DNA of 20,000 nucleotides from an uncultured virus (IMG/VR IMGVR_UViG_3300044971_002243). Its lineage: Duplodnaviria; Heunggongvirae; Uroviricota; Caudoviricetes. Positions 13,103-20,000 of the stretch are shown piece by piece. The DNA lies in IMG/VR virus record IMGVR_UViG_3300044971_002243; one strand, written 5' to 3'. The notes beneath the pieces are model-generated. The model made no database searches and had not been told where the DNA came from. It was given only the letters and a program-made list of their open reading frames with translations. The number at the start of each line of letters is the position of its first letter. Within the stretch, counting starts at the first letter, position 1. A program made the position numbers and the translations under genes.

Positions 13103-14428
13103 ATGGCCTTTTTCGGTTTAACAGACATAAAATTTAATGATATTGGAAGAAGAGGTCCACTCAATGCTTTAGAGAGCAGTGAGAAATTCACCAGTAGCAT
13201 ACTAAGATATCCTGAAGATGTCGCTTCAGCTCCAGACAGATATCATTACATGATGTTTTTTGTTCGTGAACAAGTAAATACTAGATTTTCAGCAGAAGCT
13301 AGAGGCTTTGGACAATCGTTCTCAGCAACAGACGAAAAAGGTGTTTTTGATAGTTTCAATGCACAAGTAAAAGGAGATGGATTAGTTTCATCTTCTGCTG
13401 AATCGGGCTTATCTGGTTTACTCAACAATGCAATCGGCAGTGCGTTATCAAAAGGAGCCAATCTTCTTAGTGGAAAAGGTGGTGCAACTGGCAAAGTTGG
13501 CTCAGCTATCAGTAGTTTTGTGAGTGGTCCACCAAAAGCAACACCCGAACCAAAAAATAATTCAGCGATTCAAGAATCAGTTAAAGAAATTACAGATAAA
13601 AGTGCATTTGGCTTTTTGAATAAAACACGATTGACAAAAGATGCAATCGCTTTGTATATGCCGGACACAATTAATTTTGATTCCACTGCAAGTTACTCTG
13701 ATTTAAGACCGGGTGAAGAAAAACTCGGTCAGTTTTTAGCAGCGGCTCCTGAACTTATTGAAGCGTATAGAAAAGGTGGTGCAGTTGCTCTTGGAAAAAC
13801 AGCTTTAAAATCTGGTGTCGCACAGTTGGCGGCACAAGAAATAGCAACAACTGCTGCTGGTCAAACTGGAAGATTAGGCGTTTACGCAACAACCGGCAAA
13901 GTTACAAATCCAATGATTGAGTTGATATACGGTTCTCCCGACTTGAGAACGTTTCAATTTGAATTTATGTTTTATCCTAGAAGTGAAAAAGAAGCTTATG
14001 AAGTTCAACGAATCATAGACCGCTTTAGATTTCATCAAGCACCCGAATTGGATAAATTTGAAAGTGGTAGACAAACTGGTATGTTAATACCACCGTCAGA
14101 ATTTGATATTAAATTTTATTATGCGGGTAAACAAAATCCAAACATTCCTCCTATCTCTTCATGTGTATTGACAAGTGTTCAAGTCAACTTTGCACCAAGA
14201 GGATGGAGTGCATACGAATCTTTAGGAGAAAACACTCCTGCTTTAGGTAGAACTGGTATGCCAACAGCAATTCAAATGTCATTACAGTTTAGAGAAACAA
14301 CATACATCACTAAAGAAGATTTTAGTGACCAAAGTGCAAGTAAAGTTACACAAAGTCAAGCAGCACAGTCTGGAGGACAATCAGGAACTTATCTGGGTCG
14401 TCAAGCTGCTTTTGGAAAAATAGCATAA
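13103..14428 (+). CDS. gp48: Baseplate tail-tube cap, T4 gp48-like
   Basis: LRYP, IALYMP, NPMIELIY..PDLRTFQFEF.FYPRSEKEA, CVLTSVQVNF.P, G.PT.I.MSLQFRE. Confidence 0.88.
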   Translation: MAFFGLTDIKFNDIGRRGPLNALESSEKFTSSILRYPEDVASAPDRYHYMMFFVREQVNTRFSAEARGFGQSFSATDEKGVFDSFNAQVKGDGLVSSSAESGLSGLLNNAIGSALSKGANLLSGKGGATGKVGSAISSFVSGPPKATPEPKNNSAIQESVKEITDKSAFGFLNKTRLTKDAIALYMPDTINFDSTASYSDLRPGEEKLGQFLAAAPELIEAYRKGGAVALGKTALKSGVAQLAAQEIATTAAGQTGRLGVYATTGKVTNPMIELIYGSPDLRTFQFEFMFYPRSEKEAYEVQRIIDRFRFHQAPELDKFESGRQTGMLIPPSEFDIKFYYAGKQNPNIPPISSCVLTSVQVNFAPRGWSAYESLGENTPALGRTGMPTAIQMSLQFRETTYITKEDFSDQSASKVTQSQAAQSGGQSGTYLGRQAAFGKIA

Positions 14429-14432
14429 AAAA

Positions 14433-15104
14433 ATGGCAGATTATTTTAACAATTTTCCACTCACATTCTATTCGTCTGGTGCAAATAATGTTACGAGTGT
14501 TGATACTGTAACTAATATTATTGCACGTTTTGGATTTGAAGAAACATTAAAAGAAAATTCTTCAGCATTTTATCCGTATACAATTAAAGACTCTGATACG
14601 CCGGAAATCATAGCTGCAAAAATATATAATAATCCGGAAAGACATTGGGTTGTTTTAATGTTTAATGATATTATGGATCCACAATATGACTGGCCTTTAT
14701 CTTATGAAGCTTTCAATGATTTTGTAGACAAAAAATATTCTGGTCCATCATATGCAAACACTACCACTTCCGGTGCCGGACTTTCGTGGGCAAAAAATAC
14801 AGCAAATGTTCAAGCTTACTATAAGATAGTAACAAGAACAGCAGTTAAAAAAACTCCAGAAAACAAATTAATTACAGAGAAAATTCAACTTGATGCAAAT
14901 ACTTACGCAAATGTAGTCGCTTCAACTGCAACGTACACTTTATCTAATGGTGAGGCAATTACAGAAAGTATTACAAAAGAGACAAAAACATACTATCAAT
15001 ATGAGGATGAACTCAACGACAGTAAAAGAAAAATTAAAATATTAAAACCTGAATTTTTAACAACTGTAATGAGAGAATTTAAAGAAGTCATTAATCCATC
15101 ATGA
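14433..15104 (+). CDS. gp53: Baseplate wedge subunit, T4 gp53-like
   Basis: YFNNFP, YTIKDSDTPEIIA.KIY.....HWVVLMFNDI.DP.YDWP, YE...ND.KR.IKILKP. Confidence 0.9.
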   Translation: MADYFNNFPLTFYSSGANNVTSVDTVTNIIARFGFEETLKENSSAFYPYTIKDSDTPEIIAAKIYNNPERHWVVLMFNDIMDPQYDWPLSYEAFNDFVDKKYSGPSYANTTTSGAGLSWAKNTANVQAYYKIVTRTAVKKTPENKLITEKIQLDANTYANVVASTATYTLSNGEAITESITKETKTYYQYEDELNDSKRKIKILKPEFLTTVMREFKEVINPS

Positions 15105-16456
15105 ACTTAATTGAACCAACACAGTATCGAATTGAAGAGATGTTTATTATCACCAAAGGTGGACCAATAAGCATAGAAAATATGTTCGAGGAACTAAATC
15201 TTTTTGATTCTTTATTTCTTCCTGTAATTTCGGGAAATATTCTTATTGTTGATACCAAACAAATGATAAAGAAACTGGTTTTTGATGGAACTGAGGTAAT
15301 TGGAATGACATTAACAAAAGGCATAGGTTCAAGTTTTGCGTCATTCAAAAAGTCCTATAGAATTTATAATCTTTCAGACAGACGAAATAGAAATCAAACA
15401 ACTGAAACGTATATTCTACATTTTGTTTCAGATGAATTTATTTTATCCGAACAGAAAAAAGTTGATAAAAGTTATCAAACCACTTATTCCGATGTGGTCG
15501 ATAAAATTATGACACACTATTTAAAAGTGCCTAAAACCAGTAGAGGTGGATTTCAATCTTCTTATGGCATTAGAAAAATAGTTATACCCAATTTACCAGC
15601 TTTAGATGCTATTGAGTGGTGTACAAAAAGAGCTTTGAGTATAAACAACTCTCCAGAATATCTTTTTTTCTGTAATGCTGAAGGATTCAATTTTCTTCCG
15701 TTATCAACACTTTTAACCAAAAATTCAATTCTAAACATTAGCTTTACGCCAAAAAATCTCGGTGAAGGAGATGAGTTTTATGAGCTAAGTCGTGCTAGAA
15801 GTTTTGAAGTATTATCTCAATATGATTTGATAGATAAGATACAAAGCGGCGTAAATGCAAATAAATTATTGGCGTTTGACCCTATCACAAAATCATTTGG
15901 TACTCAAGAAATTTCTCTGGAAGAGATTTATAAGTTAGTTGAACACGCAAATAAAAATGCAATCGATGCGGTAATACACAATCGAGATAACGAAACGACA
16001 ACCCACAATTCTTATGATTCAAAACAAGCATTAAGTGTATACAATCAAATTCGTGGTAAAAGTAGTTACGTAAAAGAGAATGACCCAACTTCGATTTCCA
16101 AGAATGAACCCTATGAGTTATTTGTAACTCAAAGAAAAGCTATAATGAGTAACTTGATGACAAAAAGATTAAAAATTACCATGCCTGGAAATTTTCAATT
16201 AACATCAGGCAAAAATGTGAATTTTGATACTTCTGGATTTGGAACACACTCAAAAGGAAAAGAGGGTGAGCAAGATGATTCGATTAGTGGTAAATATATT
16301 ATAACGGGAACAAGACACATTATCAGTTCAACAAGACATATTACAGTTATGGAAGTGGCAACAGATTCTACGAATCAAAAACCTCAAGTTAATACTCCAG
16401 AACAAACTAAAGTTGCAACAGATTATTCAAAAATTTTTGCGACATATACTGGATAA
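15101..16456 (+). CDS. Baseplate hub protein (gp27-like / phage late control D-like)
   Basis: Located between gp53 and gp5; C-terminal ITMPGN..LT.G and D..ISGKYIIT..RH motifs typical of hub proteins. Confidence 0.65.
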   Translation: MNLIEPTQYRIEEMFIITKGGPISIENMFEELNLFDSLFLPVISGNILIVDTKQMIKKLVFDGTEVIGMTLTKGIGSSFASFKKSYRIYNLSDRRNRNQTTETYILHFVSDEFILSEQKKVDKSYQTTYSDVVDKIMTHYLKVPKTSRGGFQSSYGIRKIVIPNLPALDAIEWCTKRALSINNSPEYLFFCNAEGFNFLPLSTLLTKNSILNISFTPKNLGEGDEFYELSRARSFEVLSQYDLIDKIQSGVNANKLLAFDPITKSFGTQEISLEEIYKLVEHANKNAIDAVIHNRDNETTTHNSYDSKQALSVYNQIRGKSSYVKENDPTSISKNEPYELFVTQRKAIMSNLMTKRLKITMPGNFQLTSGKNVNFDTSGFGTHSKGKEGEQDDSISGKYIITGTRHIISSTRHITVMEVATDSTNQKPQVNTPEQTKVATDYSKIFATYTG

Positions 16457-16459
16457 AAA

Positions 16460-17320
16460 ATGAATTCGCCACAAAAAGATTTTGCTGGAAAAAATGGTTT
16501 TATTTGGTGGGTAGGTTATGTTGAAGACCGAAAAGATCCTTTAAAATTGGGGCGATGTCGTGTTCGTTGCATAGGTTGGCATAGCACAAACAAACTTCAG
16601 TTACCAACAAACTCTTTGCCATGGGCTGTTCCAAATATACCAGTAAATACTCCAATTGTTTATACACCACGTGAAGGTGATATGGTATTTGGTTTTTTTC
16701 TTGACGGGGAAAATGCACAAGAGCCTGTGATGTTAGGAAGTTTTCCTGGTATACCTTTAAACGCAGCTAAACCCCAAGAAGCATTTAATGATGCAAGAAC
16801 GCCTGCTGAGTTGGCATCTGCACCAGTTAAGCCAACGGAAAATGCAATCAATTATCCAAGAAAACTGGATGAACCATCAACATCAAGGCTTGCCAGAAAC
16901 GATGCTAAGTATCCTTCAGAAATTGTAACCGCAAAGAAAAATAAAAGAGCAAATAAAGTTGAACCAGCTTCTTACTATAAAGCACAGTATCCATATAATA
17001 ATGTATATGAATCAGAATCGGGTCATGCATTAGAGTTTGATGATACAAAAGATGCTGAACGTGTACACATCTATCATCGTTCTGGTTCATACACAGAATG
17101 GGGTCCTGATGGCTCACGTTCAGAAAGAATACAGAAAGATAAATTTGAAGTTGTAGTTGGCAACGAACAAGTCTATGTAAAAGGTAACGTTACTGTGTAT
17201 GTTGATGGTAATGTAAATTTACAAATTGGCGGTAATTTTCAAGCAGATGTTGACGGCACTTGTAAAATTACATCAGGAGGTAACATGACATTGAAAGCAC
17301 CACGTATTGATTTGAACTAA
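16460..17320 (+). CDS. gp5: Baseplate central spike, gp5-like (OB-fold plus beta-helix, no lysozyme domain)
   Basis: WWVGYVEDR.DPLKLGRCRVR, LPWA, VFGFFLDG..AQ.P, YPYNNV.ESESGH..EFDDT...ERVH.YH.SG, VxGN repeats, ends IDLN. Confidence 0.92.
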   Translation: MNSPQKDFAGKNGFIWWVGYVEDRKDPLKLGRCRVRCIGWHSTNKLQLPTNSLPWAVPNIPVNTPIVYTPREGDMVFGFFLDGENAQEPVMLGSFPGIPLNAAKPQEAFNDARTPAELASAPVKPTENAINYPRKLDEPSTSRLARNDAKYPSEIVTAKKNKRANKVEPASYYKAQYPYNNVYESESGHALEFDDTKDAERVHIYHRSGSYTEWGPDGSRSERIQKDKFEVVVGNEQVYVKGNVTVYVDGNVNLQIGGNFQADVDGTCKITSGGNMTLKAPRIDLN

Positions 17321-17321
17321 C

Positions 17322-17528
17322 ATGGCACACGAATTTATTATACTTGTAAATGGTAAGTTAAAAACTTATAGAAAGTATGAAGACATACCAAAAAAATTGG
17401 ACAATGTTATTAAGTTTAATCCACATATACCTAAGCCGCCCCACACACAGAGTCAGCATGAAGAAATTGAACAGTGGAATGATAAATTAAAAGAACTATT
17501 GACAAGAGAAACAAATGGCAAGCATTAG
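17322..17528 (+). CDS. Small hypothetical protein following gp5
   Basis: Tightly packed ORF (DIP...DNVIKF.P..P.PPHT..QH). Confidence 0.7.
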   Translation: MAHEFIILVNGKLKTYRKYEDIPKKLDNVIKFNPHIPKPPHTQSQHEEIEQWNDKLKELLTRETNGKH

Positions 17529-18075
17529 CCCTAGTTCCGAAATTTCTTCGGTTGTCAGAGGAAAACAGTTTACGAGAACAATATCTGCAACGCCATCTGT
17601 TGGAGAAACAATTGTTTCCGTTACAGCTACTTTAAATGATGAAGAAGAAACAGGAATTTCTATAACTCCGGGAACTTCTCAAGTTACAATATCAGGAAAA
17701 TATTTAACAGGATTTATAGATTCTGCTTCATACGTTTCAAAAGGAAGTAGTGACCAATTAGAAACACCGACAGTGGTTTCTAATTTATCAGATATACCCG
17801 AAGGAAAAGAGTTATTTAAGTACGAACAAGACCCAATTAGTAGTATTACAAAAGATTACACTGTAATTGTTTTTCTGCAAGGAGGAAGCTCTTCAGAGTA
17901 TTCTTTAACACATGAAGTAAAAAATGATATTTCAACAGGAACAAATTTTGTGTATACTTATTTTGATGCAACAAGAAGTCCATTAGAATTTCCAATTGTT
18001 TGGAATAACAATCTTGGAAACAATTTGGACTGGTTGAATTCTGCTGGCGCTAGTGTAGAATGGAGTGGTGAATGA
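17515..18075 (+). CDS. Hypothetical virion structural protein, Ser/Thr-rich and beta-rich
   Basis: Inside the baseplate operon; overlaps both neighbours. Confidence 0.65.
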   Translation: MASISPSSEISSVVRGKQFTRTISATPSVGETIVSVTATLNDEEETGISITPGTSQVTISGKYLTGFIDSASYVSKGSSDQLETPTVVSNLSDIPEGKELFKYEQDPISSITKDYTVIVFLQGGSSSEYSLTHEVKNDISTGTNFVYTYFDATRSPLEFPIVWNNNLGNNLDWLNSAGASVEWSGE

Positions 18076-19040
18076 CAATACCAAATACATTTGCTGATAG
18101 AAGTCAAGCTATACCTCTGGAAGACTTGGATGAAAATTTTAGTTATTTTGAAATAAGAGAAAATGGTATCGCAATTGCCGCTAACACACCGACATATGTT
18201 GCAAACTCCGGATTTATTCAAGCAAATTCTTCTTATGACCACGCAAATGCAGCGTTCGATCATGCAAACTCTGGATTTATTCAAGCCAATGCTGCATTTA
18301 TTCGTGCGAATAATTCATTAAACGCCAATAGTGGTGGTAGAGTTACGGCAAATGTTGTTGTCAATGCAAATTTACAAGTAGCAAACGTACATACTAATAC
18401 ATACATTAGTTTTTCAAATACATCGTTAGTGTCTTATAACAATTCGGGCATTGCAAATGGAGAGATAGAATTTTTTAATAACAGTTTATTTGGAACAGTG
18501 GACACAACCCAAGGAAGAGGTTTTATTCCTGTTGTACAATATAGATATCTAAGTTCAAATTCTGCTTATAACATTAGCACAGCACAGTTGCCATTTATGG
18601 GCAACGCAAACGGTGCGATATTGACTACGGACAGTGCATATGAAGTTGAATGGAATTTATATTTTTTAAAGTCTACTGCCGGAACAGTTACATTTAGCAT
18701 TCGAACAAGAGACCCAGTTGGTGGTGGCGCAGTTAATCCTCAATTAATTAACGCAAATTATCAGGGTAATAGAATTGATGTTACTTCAACTTCACTGTTT
18801 ATGAACGCCGCCGGACGTATAGTTAGTACAGCAGATCCTACTGCATTACCAGCAACTGTATCTTTAACTGGTGGAGCACAATATTATTTTACGGTGAAGG
18901 CTTTTATAATTACAAATGCTGCTACTGTTGGAAACTGTTATTTGGGAATCGCTACAAGTGCTGGACTTGTAACGCCTAACGTTGGAAGTTACATGAAAGT
19001 CACAAAACTGCCGTCACCAAACACAGGCTTATGGTCTTAA
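18072..19040 (+). CDS. Putative short tail fibre / baseplate appendage with AN-heptad coiled coil
   Basis: N-terminal LEDLDENF motif, heptad repeats ANSGFIQ/ANSSYDH/ANAAFDH, beta-rich C-terminus. Confidence 0.6.
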   Translation: MTIPNTFADRSQAIPLEDLDENFSYFEIRENGIAIAANTPTYVANSGFIQANSSYDHANAAFDHANSGFIQANAAFIRANNSLNANSGGRVTANVVVNANLQVANVHTNTYISFSNTSLVSYNNSGIANGEIEFFNNSLFGTVDTTQGRGFIPVVQYRYLSSNSAYNISTAQLPFMGNANGAILTTDSAYEVEWNLYFLKSTAGTVTFSIRTRDPVGGGAVNPQLINANYQGNRIDVTSTSLFMNAAGRIVSTADPTALPATVSLTGGAQYYFTVKAFIITNAATVGNCYLGIATSAGLVTPNVGSYMKVTKLPSPNTGLWS

Positions 19041-19056
19041 TTTTATAGGAAATAAT

Positions 19057-19347
19057 ATGCCAGCAGCTACAAGAGTAGGAGATTTAGATGTTACCCATTG
19101 CTCACCGTCAGTAAGGGCAGTCGGCTCAGGTAATGTATTCGTTAATGGCATTCCATGGAGTTGTCAATCACATGTAAATACTGTTCATCTTTTGCCTGGG
19201 TCTCCATGTCCAGCACATTCTGCACCAATATCATCTGGTTCGTCAACAGTAAAAATAAATGGATTAGGAGCGGGTCGTGTTGGTGATGCTATTTCTGGAT
19301 GTACTTCAGTAGCACAAGGTTCTTTTAATGTATTTGCTGGAGGTTGA
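19057..19347 (+). CDS. PAAR-domain spike tip protein (T4 gp5.4-like)
   Basis: MPAATRVGD, GS.NVFVNG, H...C..H, GSSTVKING..AGRVGD, GS.NVFAG. Confidence 0.92.
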   Translation: MPAATRVGDLDVTHCSPSVRAVGSGNVFVNGIPWSCQSHVNTVHLLPGSPCPAHSAPISSGSSTVKINGLGAGRVGDAISGCTSVAQGSFNVFAGG

Positions 19348-19354
19348 ATAAATA
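19347..19354 (+). promoter_or_regulatory. Putative late promoter AATAAATA, 4 nt before the gp25 ATG
   Basis: AATAAATA-AGCA-ATG. Confidence 0.55.
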
Positions 19355-19358
19355 AGCA

Positions 19359-19781
19359 ATGGCAACGACAATAACATCAAATAATCCAAGAATATCATCA
19401 GAAAGAGGATATAAAGACTTGGATTTAAACTTTAATATACATCCTGTCAAAAAAGATATTACTAAGCATGTTAATGAATATGCAGTTATAAATTCAGTCA
19501 AAAACTTAGTTTCTTTGAATTTTTTTGAGAAACCATTTAGACCAGAAATAGGAAGTGGTTTACGTTCGTTGTTATTTGAAAATATTGATACGATTTTATC
19601 ATCCAGAATTGAGAGAGCAATAGAAGAAGTTATATTGAATTATGAACCCAGAGTGAGCGTTTCTAGTGTAAATGCAACAGCGTATCCAGACGAAAATCGA
19701 TATAATGTAACGATGACTTTTTTCATAATCAATAATCCAAATCCAATTACAATTGATTTCTTCTTAGAGAGAATTAGATAA
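19359..19781 (+). CDS. gp25: Baseplate wedge subunit, T4 gp25-like
   Basis: YKDLDLNF..HP, AV.NSVKNL, EKPF.P.IGS....LLFE, NYEPRV. Confidence 0.93.
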   Translation: MATTITSNNPRISSERGYKDLDLNFNIHPVKKDITKHVNEYAVINSVKNLVSLNFFEKPFRPEIGSGLRSLLFENIDTILSSRIERAIEEVILNYEPRVSVSSVNATAYPDENRYNVTMTFFIINNPNPITIDFFLERIR

Positions 19782-19783
19782 AA

Positions 19784-20000
19784 ATGGCAGACCGTCTAAG
19801 AGTAACAGAGCTTGATTTTGATACAATCAAGCAAAATTTAAAAACATTTTTAAATCAGCAGTCTGAGTTTACTGACTATGATTTTGAGGGTTCTGGCTTG
19901 AACATTCTATTAGATGTTCTTGCGTATAATACACACTATCAAGCTTACTATCTAAACATGGTAGCAAATGAATCATTTTTAGATACAGCACTTCTTCGTG
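19784..20000 (+). CDS. gp6: Baseplate wedge subunit, T4 gp6-like (3'-truncated by window end)
   Basis: MADRLRVTELDFDTIKQNLK.FL..QSEFTDYDFEGSGL..LLDVLAYNTHY.AYY.NM.ANESFLDTA. Confidence 0.93.
   Translation, partial: MADRLRVTELDFDTIKQNLKTFLNQQSEFTDYDFEGSGLNILLDVLAYNTHYQAYYLNMVANESFLDTALLR

Noticed and set aside
1..20000. Stop-codon reassignment (alternative genetic code)
   Set aside because: Core genes are full length in the standard code, and TAA, TGA and TAG (gp4) all serve as stops.

Overview
A 20 kb segment of a T4-like (myovirus-type) phage genome, AT-rich and densely coding in the standard code. Positions 1-5500 (+) hold small accessory ORFs, a circularly permuted two-piece tmRNA gene (tag ANDELYALAA), a SleB-type cell-wall hydrolase, and the gp33, gp59, HAD nucleotidase and gp32 genes, ending at a UUCG terminator. 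Positions 5547-13070 (-) hold gp4, gp2, a gp54/gp19-like tube protein, gp26-like and gp51-like ORFs, and two large apparently paralogous tape-measure/hub-like proteins with different peptidoglycan hydrolase domains. Positions 13103-20000 (+) form the baseplate module: gp48, gp53, a gp27-like hub, a lysozyme-less gp5, PAAR, gp25 and the start of gp6. The three most notable signals are (1) a T_TTT_TTC slippery site predicting a -1 frameshift that fuses gp26-like and gp51-like ORFs just upstream of the tape-measure-like genes, as in lambda gpG/gpGT; (2) the permuted tmRNA, whose acceptor piece overlaps a CDS; (3) the tandem lysozyme- and amidase-bearing large tail proteins. All protein calls come from motif recognition and synteny by eye; no database searches were run.
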